The translations under genes and the position numbers were made by a program. 64,000 nucleotides of DNA from Ptychomitrium polyphyllum (taxonomy: Eukaryota). Below the pieces are notes generated by a model. It searched no databases, had not been told where the DNA came from, and saw nothing but the letters and a program-made list of their open reading frames with translations. This document shows positions 35,300-48,251 of this stretch, piece after piece (the stretch's first letter is position 1; every line of letters starts with the position of its first letter). The stretch is from NCBI GenBank assembly GCA_973851085.1, contig OZ316775.1, positions 13,826,001 to 13,890,000 of the forward strand. The letters run 5' to 3'.

Positions 35300-37890
35300 A
35301 ATGAGATTGTATGAATGATAGTATGTGGATGAAAAGCATAAGTAAAAATATGTAGAAGAAATTGCATGAAGGAAATTATAAAAGATGAAACTAAATTGAT
35401 TGAAATTTATGAAACAAACTACAATTTAATGAATTTTTGAAGAACACATTAAGGTAAATAGGTAATCGTGGCACTTAATTAGGGTTGTCCATTGGTTTGT
35501 CTATCCACTCATGTCAATCTATCCATTTAGACGTCCAATAAGCCTCATATCCATCCGACAAGGTTCAATAGATGTTTGACCTTTGGTAATGTGAATTTGA
35601 ACGTATCTTGTCCACTTAGTACACCATTCAATTGCCACGCAAGCACTCTTGGCCAAACGCAAGTAGAAGAAGGGAGGCGTGTGTAGGAAAAGGGCACAAG
35701 GAAAAGAAGGGGGGATGTGAACAAAGAAGGGGTGTAAGCAAGGGAAGGCACAAGCGGAGTGGAGGCACGGACAAAGTACAAGAGCAAGTGAAGGAAAGGC
35801 GCCCGCTTGGAGGGCATGGATAGGATAGGAATGCAAGCAGATTTGACTTGCCCTTAAGGTGTACCTGCCACTATCATAGAAAATGCAACTTGATTTTTGA
35901 ATTAGAAGCTTGTTTCATTTAATAATGCTAATGGCATAGTATGTTTTGGGATTAGAACAATTTGCTTACAATTCATTGAATTTGAACAAAAAGAAATTTT
36001 AATAAAGAATCTGCAATTTTATTCCAAATTGGTGTATACAGGGTCAATTTTATATTCTACTTTTGGAACATATGCTAACTAAACTATGTCTCACAACCTA
36101 TAGGGCTATAAATAAAGAGCTCATTTTAAATTGTATTTTTGAAACAACTTTCTGGCCTTCTAAATTTATATTAGAAGACAGTCAATTCTTCTACAACTCT
36201 AAACACTATAGATTTTTGTAACATCTTTGCAAGTGAGCGCATTAAGCTTTGAGTGGAATGCATTCCATCCCACTATTCCAACAAAGAGCTTATTGTCTTC
36301 TTCTCCTCTCCAAATTTGTATTGCCATCTTGTCAAACAAGAATGAATCGGCAAGCTTGAACAATGAATGTTTTCATTATATCCAATTAAGTGCGGTTTTC
36401 AAAATTTGGAAAATCAGAGATGTAGAACAACTCAAGAGTTGCAAATGGATGCTTCCTCTTCATGTCCTCCAACTCCTTCCTTGTTTAATATCCATAGCAA
36501 GAAGGCTCATTTTCAACCATCATGCTTGCTAATTCGTAGTCACGTACTCTGATGTAGACCTTTTTTTTTTTTAATCTTTGTAGGAAAGTAGAGCATGATA
36601 TTTGTAGGTCCAATGTTCTTATAAATGATCTTTGCTCAATGGATTCATACCATAATCCACAATGCTAAGTTTGAGTTGATCCTAATGCTATTTGAACTTG
36701 TGGCTTTTGAAGCTTTGTTATTCAGGCGCCAAAAATCGTTGAGGTTATTTCTATACCATCACAATGTATATGCCTCCATAATCTTAGGATAAAAGGCCCA
36801 AGATTTTGTTAGTCTAAGGTGTGCAATTAGACAAAATATAGCTTCTAGCAAACATTGCTCATATTTCTTTTTCATGCAATGCATAGTTGGAAGCTTCTCC
36901 GTAAAAGTTTAATGTATAAAGAAATGCCTAGCATTCCAAAGATACATACTTTTTGAAATTTATCCTAAATATTATAATTAGGTAAAGAGATAAATTTAGC
37001 TATTTTAGGAATCTAGGTTATTCCAAGCATCGTGTAGTTCTCCAAGGCAATTTACAAAGCCTTCTAGTTCTATGGCACTATCTTATTTCTACTAGAAGAG
37101 TGTTTTTTGGCATCATATTGGACCGCCTAGAGTTTGCATAAAAACAACACTTGACCAAGAGTGTAATCACCATATCTTGGTTTCTTGTATATGCATTAAA
37201 ATATATGCATGAAATTTGTTGTAACGATTACCACGTGTTGTGCCATCCACATATTGAAAATGAAATACGTAAATATGAACTCGAATTGCTCAAATACTTG
37301 CAATTATTGATTAAAGTCTTGTTCAAGATCTTCCTAAGAATGCATAATGCTTGAATTGCCATAGTTGAAGAAATTACGCCTCAAAATATGCTATAAGCAA
37401 ATGTGATAATATTTCATAGCAACGTTAAGTGCAAATGATAAATATCCATGTGGAAGATTTTTTGCACCTTTATTAGGGCCTTCTTTGATTTTGGAACCCT
37501 TCTTACCTACCTTTGAATTGGCAAGAGTGCTATATGATCTATTGTTGTTTTAATATATGCAATGCCAATTGCAAGATCTATTACTTTCATGTTGTTTAGG
37601 TCTACGTAATCGATGCACTTTAAAAAAATTGAAATTGAAGTCATAGTGTTTAAAAATACTTTTAAATAAAGAAACTCCAATAAACATGCCTTCTTATAAA
37701 GTTTGAAGGCAAAGATCTATAAACCTATGTTGCCAAGCAAAGCATATGTAAACTTGCTAGGTCAAGGAGCTGCAAAAGAAAGACATCTTGGCAAATGCGG
37801 AATAAATCTTACCTCTTCTGTTACATGCATACGCACGTGCAATTGCATATGCTTGCTAAAATCCACCAACTTAATCCAATTTAATGATTT
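35300..37890. mobile_element. AT-rich degenerate DNA-transposon-like remnant
   Basis: CpG-depleted, stop-riddled sequence next to the gypsy nest. No diagnostic motif could be read with confidence. Confidence 0.25.
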
Positions 37891-37895
37891 ATTTT

Positions 37896-38309
37896 TTCTT
37901 TGACTTATGGCAATAAAGTTCATTTTTAGTATATGCAATGTTAAGAATATCAGATGAGGTCCTAATCATGTGCTTGTACTAAGTTGGTAGAAGATAGAGA
38001 ATAAAGATCTGAAACCGAGTTGGGAAGGCTAAGTAATGGAGTCAAATGCTTGGAGTAGGAATTTACAGAACTATGAAGCCTCTTAGCTTCGGGCTTGTTT
38101 GGGCAGGGACAAGGTGATGGCGCGTGCTCATAAAAGCTCCACTTCTACAAACTTAAAAAAATTAGTGCATTGGAGAAATGAATTCATGGCTCAAAAGAAA
38201 TAGTGGGATCCAAGTAGGGCTGAATTTGGCATTACCCTGTACGTTTGAGTTGTGGTGTAAAAGATACCTTAGATTTGCAACCAAGAATATTTGGTAGAGT
38301 ATTGAAATC
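37896..38309 (+). mobile_element. 3' internal (untranslated) region of an old family-A element; the element continues at 51631 after the family-B insertion
   Basis: ttctttgacttatggcaataaagttc... is colinear with 46262-46602 plus 47346-47419. It lacks the insertion present at 46603. Confidence 0.85.
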
Positions 38310-39427
38310 TATTAGGGACACAAGAAACTAGAAGCAGAGTCGAAGTGTTTCCAAAGAATTAGCTTCCAAAGAGCTAATGATTAACAAGAATTTGATACAA
38401 AGACTTAGAACAAGGCTAGATACAAGATGATCCACAACTTATGTTGGCAAGATTAAGGAATACCTTGTCTTGCCTCTTATTTATACTATGACGCTTATAT
38501 CTCCTATGATACTTCTCAAGATGCTTCCTACAAGGCTTAAGAATGTTCTAGAAGTCTATGGAACCTTTCCAAGAAGTTTCCCAAGATGTTGGAACCTTGC
38601 TTGGAAATTTTTTGAAGTGGTAGAACCTCCCAGGAAGTTTTTTGAGGTAGAGAAAATTTCTTAGGAAGTTTCCTGAGGTAGTGAAACTTTCCTAGGGAAT
38701 TTCCTAAAAACATTGAAATGGCTATGGAGACATTTGGAAGTATTTTAAGAAGCTACTACAAAATACTAGAAGATTCTAGAAGGTTCTAAAGACCATGTTG
38801 CATGATTTATATCCGTGACATTACCTCCCTAGTTAGCAACGAGTCCGATGAAAAGCTATCCTTGAGGCTTGCTCATCACATCTCCACAAATATCAAAATT
38901 TGGCAAAGAATAGAAGCAACATATTTTGCTTGTTGTTCTTTGTTCACTGGTTACCCTAGTCCTTACAAAAAATGCCAATCACCATTAGCTAAGACTTCTA
39001 CTATTGAAATATCTGAGCCCGAGATCTAATCTTGGTTAAGTCCTTCAAAACATCTCCAAATAGGATCTTGGATCCATTGAGAGTGACTCTTCTAATTTCT
39101 AAGAAGATGACTAGAGCGTGACCATATGAATTAAGACTGAAATGTAAAGAACGGCTAGCCAATATTTTTGTACAAGGTCGTACTCAACGTTGGAATGTTC
39201 CTCTTATATCTTGGCTTAGATCCTTCTTTACTGAAGGCTGAGAAAGTTGAGTTGGCTCAATAGATGCTGTTGTTGATGAAGGCACGGCTGACTACTCTTA
39301 TAATATCCATATATCCATGATAATATGAAGATTTGACATACTAGCTAGGATCTAGAGATAATCTATTTTAGAAAAAATGTTGCATATAATTGGAGGTTTG
39401 GATATCTTTCCTCCTTTCTTATACTTG

Positions 39428-39847
39428 TGTCACGGACATACATATTAGAAGCATCTAGAAAGGTTCTTAAAAGATTTACAAAGCTTCCAAAGAAGTTACC
39501 TTGAATTTAGGAAGCTTCCAAAGAAGTTGCGTTGGCTGAAGAAGCTTCCAAGGAAGTTACCTTGGCTTAGAAAGCTACCAAAGAAGCAACTCAAGGTTGC
39601 TTGAGTACAAAGCAGTGTAGATGAAGCTTTTCAAGAAGCTTCCAAGGCTTGTAGTTCTAGTATATATAAGAGTCAAGGCTGAAGAGCTCTTCAATCTTGA
39701 CAATACATCTCTTGTGGTCTAATTCAAACCTTTTGGCCTTGTCTTTCGTACCTTGTTGTAGTTCTATACCTCTAATATACTTGGACTCATCTTGTTCCAC
39801 ACCCTGGAATTTTAAAGCCTTGTTTTGTGATTACTCTGTCCGTAACA
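39428..39847 (+). mobile_element. Solo LTR, family C (420 bp), nested in family B
   Basis: TGTCACGGACA...TGTCCGTAACA (11-bp terminal inverted repeat, 1 mismatch). Internal ~30-bp aagcttccaaagaagt repeats and TATA tatatataag at 39661. Flanks acttg/attta fit a decayed TSD. Confidence 0.75.
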
Positions 39848-41831
39848 ATTTATCTATGAAAAAAACTTCTCTGTGAAGCTAACAGCTACTGATAGAACGT
39901 CATCACTGACCTGGTTTCTTAAGATATTTTCAATAAAAGTTGCGTACCTTCTCAAATGCATTTGTTACATTCACCGAAGGTTCCTATAGTCAGTCATTGG
40001 TGTCATATCCTTGCCAATGTATAAAGTACTCCACGCATCCGTTCTTGATGTGTAAATCCAAGATTTCTTTGACTTCATACTCCATTTTGTTATTGATTTC
40101 CAGCAGAGGAGGCGAAAGGATAGATCGCTCTAGTATACATGACTTATTATAGATTTCCAATAACAATACGTGGAACACTAGATGAATTTGCATAATTGGT
40201 GGTAGTTTGAAGCGACAAATGACTAGATTTATCTGTTTGCTGATTTCAAATGGTTCGAATCTTTGATAGTCTAGCTTCTTTGATGGTCTTTTTGTTTGTA
40301 CATTATGTCCTAGGAGCCATATACTATCTCCAACCTTGAATTTTGGATGGTCCTTTCGATGACAATCTGCATAAGTTTAATAACGATCTTGAACTTGTTG
40401 TAATTGGAAAGCTAGTTTTTGATGGATTTTAGCAAATTGAGTTGTAAAATTATTTGCTGCAGGACTTCCAACATGCTTGACTTGAAATGGATCTGTTCAA
40501 GGATAATGGCCATGATTTGCAAAGAATGGACTTTGAATTGTTGAAGAAAGCATCGTATTATTGTAAGCAAATTCTGCTTAAGGCAAGAGATTCATCCAGT
40601 TGTCTTATTAGTAATTTACGCTACAATAAAGGTACGGCTCTAAAATTTGATTCACACATTCAATTTGACCATCAGTTTGTGGATGGTGTACTGAAGAAAG
40701 GTTGATCTTCATGTGCAATAGCTGGAATAGAGTCTTCCAAAAGTTGGAAATGAACTGCAGCCCTTGATTGGACACAATATCATTTGATAATCCATGTATG
40801 CCGTAGATGTGATTTAGGAACAATTTGGCAATTTCTTCTCCCGTTACCGTCTTGTTGCATAGAATGAAATGTGCCATTTTGATAAATCAATCCACCACTA
40901 TCAAAATAGAATCTTTAGAATTGGAGTTTGGAAGGTCTCTGATAAAATCCATTGACAATGATAACAATGGGCTCTTGGGCACTGGAAGTGGATGGAGAAA
41001 ACCATGAAGTTGGTGTTTTGGTATCATGATCTTTGCACAAATGTCGCATGATCAAACAAAATCCTTTATGTATATCTACATTTCCGGCCACCAATAGTCT
41101 TCAGCAATCAATTCCATTATTTTTTTGAATCCAAAATGCCTTACTGCTAGAGAATCGTGACGTGCTTGAAGGATCTTCAACCGCAAAGGGCCTGGAAATA
41201 AGTACAAAAGTTCTAATAACTAAGTAGGCCCTTTTTGAAATCAAAGACCTCCTTGCTATTTGAAGGATCTCCGTTGTCTTTGAGGCGCTTCCTTATATTT
41301 GAAACAAAGACATCATTCTTCAAAGCCTTCCAAATTTTGTCAAGATGGAATGTTATAGTAATAATTGCTGCTTTGAAATGAAGATTTTGTGGCTTCAATC
41401 AAATAGTCCTTTATTGATCCAAAACATCATTTCCAGGTTGATGAGCTAAATAAGATCTTTGGGATAAGGCATTCAGCTTACCTTGCAGGCTACTAAATCA
41501 ATTAATAATGACAAAGTCAAATCTAGAAAGCAACATATTCCACCTTACTTGACGGCGATTCAAAACGCGCGCACTTATGAAATATTCTAAGTTCTTGAGG
41601 TCTCTGTATGTTGTGATTATATGTTGAGCTCCTTTCAACAAGTATTGCCATTCTTCAAACGCATCCACAATTGCAAGGAGTTCCTTATCATGTCTATCAT
41701 AGTTTACTTCCCTTGAGAACTTCTTTGACCAAAAGGCAAAATAATGAAATCTCTCATCTTCATCATATTGTGAGAGTACTCAGCCAAGCGCAAAATATGA
41801 GGCATCCGCTGCCAAATAAAGAGGCTTTAAT

Positions 41832-44800
41832 TGTCGCGTACCTCTCTTTGAGAAGTGCCCACAACACTAAAGGCACAAGAGGGATCCCAGAGTGACGTCC
41901 GGGACTTATGGTGCCAATTGTGTAAGGAACCGAGTGGGTCTAGCTTGGGAAGGATCCCAAAGGGGAGAAACATCCTTGCCCATGTAGACCGAGGGCCATG
42001 AGGGATGAATTGTAGGCATTGGAGGAATCACGTAGAGTTGATTCTAGAATGCTAAACATTGCTCTTATCGGACAAGGGAGCTAAAAGATATGGCATCCCA
42101 AAGTTAAAATTGCCAAGGGGCTATTCTAGACTGTGGCAGCCCTATACACAGTGACTATACTGGAGTGCGACAGTCCAAGGAGGGACTCCTCGGGAGTCCT
42201 AAACCTTGGGAGAGGTATATCTCCCAGAATACTAACTCAAATTGGACGTTTCAGGAATCTATCGGCATCTACTCAAAGAGTAAATGACGATATTCAAGTA
42301 CCGGAAGTGGAAGATATGGCTCTCTGAAGGTCCGCTGGGAATCCCGGAGGCTTCCAGCGGCTAAATTCCAAGGCGCATCGGGTGGTCTTCCAAAACTTTG
42401 GGTGTGTTGGGGTTCAGCCAGCTACAGAGGGCCAGGGTGCCTACCAAATTCCATAGAGAGTACTATAGGGGAGGGCTGGTTCCCCTCCCCACTCCCCTAG
42501 TATCCCGGTAGGAACCAAAGGTGAGTCCCGGTTGGTGGAACTAGTGTTGGAGCTTCACCACGGGGACTCCCACACCATTGTGAGCCAAAAGATGGCTGGT
42601 TTCACAAAGGGAACTAGCACGTTCAAAAGGGTACGCTTGTTACCAGTAAGTTAAGGTGGTGTCTTTACATCGGCACCATGATGGCCCGAGGTGATCTTAG
42701 GATCATATGGGGATGATGAGTGGTGGTGAGGAGACATCACTAAGTGCGGTTAGGCCGTGTGAAATGGGAGTAACACCAAGTGAGGCCTTAAACATGAATG
42801 GAAGTCCGCACCTAACCATTGGCTACTAATCAATTAGGTGTCTTAAGAGAAATGGTGGAAAGATTTGGAAAGTAAGAATGAGGGTTAACCATGTGCATGT
42901 GGGGTGTACAGGATTGACGCGCGTGACGCTTGCTAAGGTGCATTACAAAGGTTGCGACATTTGGTATCAGAGCAGGCTTTGAGTATCCAAGTGCTACGTT
43001 GCGAGGAGGCTATGGGTAAGAAGAAGGCTGGTGAAGGCGGTGAGCCCGGGGCCTCTAAATGACCACGCACAAAGGTGAACAAAGACCCCAATCCGATTAA
43101 TGAGGCTCCATCCTTTCATTCCAATGAATAAGGGAATGACATTGGAGTCACCAAGGAAGTAAAGAAAACTCAACAAGACGAAGCTTTGGAGGGTGGAGAG
43201 TACTCAGGAGCTAGGATTTCTAAGCCACCTGAGGGCCTAGAAAGTCAGGACCCTGACTTAAGTTTTCGCATGAAAATGCTCGAGTTCATGGACGGTGTGA
43301 ACCAAGAACTCAAGCGTGGCAAAGAAGAAAGGACTTGTCAAGAGATGTTGATTGAACACTTGATGGCACAAGGTTTCAGGTCCTCATCTTTGACCAAGAA
43401 GTTGGCCAAGGTGAACATGCCAAGCACTTTTTCTGGGTTAGGTAAAGCCAGGAAGGTGAAGGAGTTTTTTTTGGAAATGACAACTATTATGATGTTCAAA
43501 AGCTAGAAGAGGTGGACAAAGTTTCAATCGAGGTGACCTTTTTGAAAGACCATGCTCTTCAATGGTAGACAAGTAAAAAGGAGCAAGAGCCAGAGTTGGT
43601 GGCGACTTTGTCTTGGATCAATTTTAAAGAGATTTTGAGTGAACGCTTCACTCCGGAATACCAAGAGTTGAGGGAGGGCATGAACTTGGTGCAAATGAGG
43701 CACACCAGGTCCGCCTTGACTTATGTGCAAGATTTCAACGCCCAAATGAATGCCACATTCAAAATGGATGAGTTTCAAAGAAACGCATTTTTTTGGGTGG
43801 GCTTCAAAAGTGGGTGGTGGACGCCTTGTTCAAATTTCCAAAGTTTCCAGAGGACGTGGCGGGAATCATTAAGATTGCGGAAAGAATTGAAGCCGACGGA
43901 CCCAAAAGAAAATCAAGTGGTACCTCTCAACAAAGTGGATTGAGCCGAAATGTATCTCGCGGCGGAGAACGCAAGAAATTTGGTTTTGGAAACAAACACA
44001 AGGGACAAATAGAGGGAAGGGCCTACAACAAAGTGGACCATCATGAGAGAAAACCGTTAAAATCGAGAGATAAGAGTGCTGAGGTGAAGCACAAACGTTG
44101 CCACGGGTGTGGCAAGATTGGTCACTTCATTGCGGAGTGCCTTGATAAAAAGGTGAGTACCAAAGCTTGTCACACTTGTGTTGTGGATCATAGTTTAGAA
44201 GGTGGATTTGTAGCTAAGGCTAGTAGCCTTAATCCAAGGTTGAGTCTCTTATACCTTGAGGCCCAAATAAATGGCAAAAATGTCTCATGTTTGATTGACA
44301 CAGGGGCAACGCACTCCTTCATGAGTCCCAAGTTAGCAAGGGAGTTGGGCTTGTCGGCTCAAACAGCTAGCAAGCCCATCAACGTGCGATTTGCAAAAGG
44401 CAAACTGTACAAGACAAAGGAGGCGGTGTTGGATGTGGCCTTAAGTAGTGGGACATTGGAGTTGAAGGAAAGTTTTACACTATGTGAGATGGATGAGGTA
44501 GATCTCATTTTAGGTGATACCTTCTTTGAAACTCATGTGGTGGATGTGAAGCGAAGGCCAGCACGGTTAGTAGTGCACCGTGGTGGAAAGGAGGCAATAT
44601 TAAAGTTGACTAGGAGTCCTATGGTTGCGGGAGGAAGTTGAACTTAGTCTCCTTAGAACAATTAGAGAATAATCAAATTATGGTTGTGATGCGATTGGAA
44701 CAAGGGAGAAGGCAATTTGGAAAGGAAGATAAGAAAGGGATACATGAAGGACTCTGAAACACAAAGGCTTCTCAATGAGCTTAAGAAGGGTAAGAAACTT

Positions 44801-47800
44801 AAGGAAATTAAGTTGGAGAAGGAATTGCTCAAGTACAAACAAAGTCGGGTGTATGTGCCTCAAGGAAAACTACGGTTGTTGGTTTTGAAAGAAGAACATG
44901 ATAGTCCCATAGCCGGCCATAGAGGGAAAAAAACCACCATAGCGGCGGTGTCAAGAAGGTACTATTGGCCGGGCATAAAAGCGGACATCACCAACTTTGT
45001 GAAAACTTGTGTGAAGTGCCAACTCAATAAAGCGTCTTACTAAAAGCAAGCCGGTCTACTACAACCTTTGCCAATTCCACCATGTCCATGGCATAACGTG
45101 TCCATGGACTTCATCACAAGTCTTCCGGAATTGCAAGGGCATGATGCCATCTTTGTGATGGTGGATCGCTTTAGCAAGTTGGCGCACATGGTGCCAAGTA
45201 GAGAGGAACCGTAATTGCACATGAGACCGCAAAGCTATTACTTGATGCATGGTGGAAACATCACGGATTGTTGAGAGTGATTGTGTCGGACCGAGATCCA
45301 AAATTCACTAGTGCTTTTTGGAAACATTTCGTTAGGAAAGTTGGAACCAAATTGACATTCAGCACTGCCTTCCATCCTCAAACGGATGGGCAAACGGAAC
45401 AAAGGAATGGAGTCTTCAACCAATACTTGAGGAACTTTGTGAGTGCGGACCAGTGCGATTGGATGGATTATGTAAACCTAGCGGATTTCAGTTACAATGC
45501 GGCCAACCATTTGGCGACAAAGCAGTCGCCATTTAAGGTGGCCTATGGAGTGGAGCCACTCCAATCTGCCGACTTAGCTCTCGAAGGTGCACATTCAACA
45601 CTAGAGTTTAACCAAGATGGTGAGGACTTGGCCAAAAAGCAAGAACATATGTTGGAGAAGACCAAGCTTTTGTTGGAAAAGGCACAAAAGCGGTACGAAA
45701 AACAAGTCAATGCCGGAAGACGTGAAGTGGAGTATGAAGTAGGCCAAAAGGTGTTGTTGAATGTGAAGAACTTTAGCTTGTTCAAAGGCCTCACTCCAAA
45801 GTTCATGTCCAAGTTTGCGGGGCCGTTTTCCATTGTGGAGCAAGTGTTTAAAGATGTGTACAAGTTGGAGCTACCACCCAAAATCAAAGTGCACCCAACA
45901 TTTCATGTCTCACTCCTTAAGCCATTCAAAAAAGATACCTTGTGGCCCAATCGCAAGCAAGTGATTCGGCCACCGCCGGAATCGGTGGGCGACCACTTGG
46001 AATACAAAGTAGAAGGAATTATCAAGTGTAGGCACCACAAGAAAGTAGGAAAAGAGTATTTCGTGAAGTGGAGAGGGTACCATGAAAAGGAAGCAACTTG
46101 AGTAGCAGCCAAGGACTTGAAAAATGCCAATGAAGTAGTGGAACGCTTTGAAAGGGATAGGAACTCCAAGAAAAGACAACGTCGGCATTGATGAGGACAT
46201 CAATCTCTTTTAGTAGGGGAAGAGAGGCTTGTAGCAGTAACTTCTTTATATCATGTATTGGTTCTTTGACTTATGGCAATAAAGTTCAACTTTTGTGTAT
46301 GCAAAGAGAAATGTATAAGATGACGTCCTAATTGTGTGCTTGTGCTAAGTTGGTAGAAGAGGGAGAATAGACATGTGAAACCAAGTTGGGAAGGCCGAGT
46401 AATGGGGACCAAGGCTAGGAGGAAGAATGGTTAAAACCATGAAACCTCCTCGCCTCAGGCTTATCCGGGCGAAGACAAGGTAATGGCGCAAGCTCATAAA
46501 AGCGCCACTCCTACAAACTAAAAAAAGTTAGTGCATGGGAGTCATGAACCCATGTCTCAATAGTGATAGTGGGATCCAAGTTGGGCGGAACTTGGCATTA
46601 CCTGTCACGGACATGGATTTTGCAACATAGTCCATAGAACATTCTAGAATCTTCTAGTATACTATAATAGCTTCTTAGAATACTTATAGTTGTCTCCATA
46701 GTCTTTTCATGTTCTTAGGAAGCTTCCTAAAAAAGTTCCCCCACCTTGGGAAAGTTTTTAGGAAGGTTCTATCATCTTAGGTAATTTCCTAGGAAACTTC
46801 CTAGGAATGTTCTATCATCGTAGGAAACTTCCTAGGAAGATTCGATCATCTTAGGAAACTTCCTAGGAAGGTTCTACTTCTTTAGGAAACTTCCTAGGAA
46901 GGTTCCATCATCTTAGGAAACTTCCTAGGAAGGTTCCATCATCTTAGGAAACTTCCTAGGAAGATTTTACTTCTTTAGGAAACTTCCTAAGAAGGTTCCG
47001 CTACTTTAGGAAACTTCCAAGGAAGGTTCCAACTCCTTGGAAGACTCTTAGGAAGGTTCCAACATCTTAGGAAACTTCTTGGGAAGGTTTTTCAGAATTC
47101 CAGAACATTCTTAAGCCTTGTAGGAAGCTTCTTTAGAAGTATCCTAGGAGATACAAGCGTCATAGTATAAATAAGAAGTAAGACAAGGTATTCCTTAGTC
47201 TTGCCAACACAAGTTGTGGATCATCTTGAATCGTACCTTGTTCTAGCCTTTGTATCAACTTCTTGTTAATCATTAGCTCTTTGGAAGCTAATTCTTGGGA
47301 ACCACTTCGTTTCTGCTTCTTGTTTCTTGTGTTCCTAACATTATCCCCGTGCGATCGAGTTGTGGAGTAAAAGCCACCTTGGATTCGCAATCAAGACAAC
47401 TTGGTGGAACATTGAGGTCCACCTTAGTCAGGAAGGTAGAGTTAGGGAAGTGTAGCCTACCTGGGGAGTTTATCCCAAGAGGGTCTCAAAGTAGGTAGGT
47501 CTAGAGTAGTTTAGGGCTCCAAGAATTTTGTCTAGGGTGTCTAAATAGACCACCTCCTAAACGACACCTTTGAGACTTTGCCAAAGATTTATGAGTGCAT
47601 TGTGGGGGTTGCACACTGGATGAAACACAATGCTGCACCACTACAGGATGGCAACCTTGGAATTGGTGTGCCAACTACAAGTATAGTCGATGAGGGCATT
47701 GACTCAATTAAGGTGGAAGTGAGTGTCGCACACCTCTCTTTGAAGAGTGCCCGCAACACTAAAGGCACAAGGGGGACCCCGGAGTGACGTTCGGGACTTG

Positions 47801-48251
47801 TGGCGCTGATAATGAGGGGAACCGAGTAGGCCTAGCGTGGAAAAGATCTCTAGGAGGAAAAACATCCTTGTCCATGTAGACTGAGAGCCACGAGGGATAA
47901 ATTTTAGGCATTTGAGGAATCACAAAGAGCTTATTCTAAAATGCTAAAGATTGTTCAAATCGGATAAGGGAGTTAAAAGATATGGCATCCCAAAGTTGAG
48001 GTTGCCAAGGGGCTGTTCTAGACTGTGGCAGCCCTACACAGTGACTGTACTGGACTGGGAGTAACACCAAGTGAGGCCTTGGATATGAATGGAAGTCCGC
48101 ACCTAACCATTGGTTATCAATCAATTGGGTGTCCTAAGAAAAATGGTAGAAGGACTTGGAGAGTGAGAATGAGAGTTAACCATGTGTATGTGGGGGTGTA
48201 CAGGATTGATGCGTGTGACGCTTGCTAAGGTGCATTACAAGGGTTGCAACA
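41832..48251 (+). mobile_element. Ty3/gypsy chromovirus family A, two LTRs, Gag-PR-INT-chromodomain, RT/RNase H absent
   Basis: Perfect TSD ttaat (41827-41831 / 48252-48256). 5' LTR 41832-42959; PBS tggtatcagagc (42962-42973, tRNA-iMet type). Gag with CHGCGKIGHFIAEC knuckle; protease LIDTGATHSF; integrase Zn finger HDSPIAGH...CVKC (44717-45043), core and GPF/chromodomain (45268-46190). 3' LTR 47724-48251 with an internal deletion. Frameshifts and stops are present. Confidence 0.95.
46603..47340 (+). mobile_element. Solo LTR, family B (738 bp), nested in the family-A 3' region; contains a ~31-bp tandem array
   Basis: TGTCACGGACA...TTCCTAACA, with TSD ttacc/ttatc. The empty site is visible in the paralogue at ~38228 (ggcattaccctgtacg). 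About 10 copies of taggaaacttcctaggaaggttccatcatct at ~46760-47090. Confidence 0.92.

Noticed and set aside
46760..47090. Palindromic ~31-bp repeats resembling a CRISPR array
   Set aside because: The units are head-to-tail with no unique spacers, lie inside an LTR, and there are no cas genes in this eukaryotic context.
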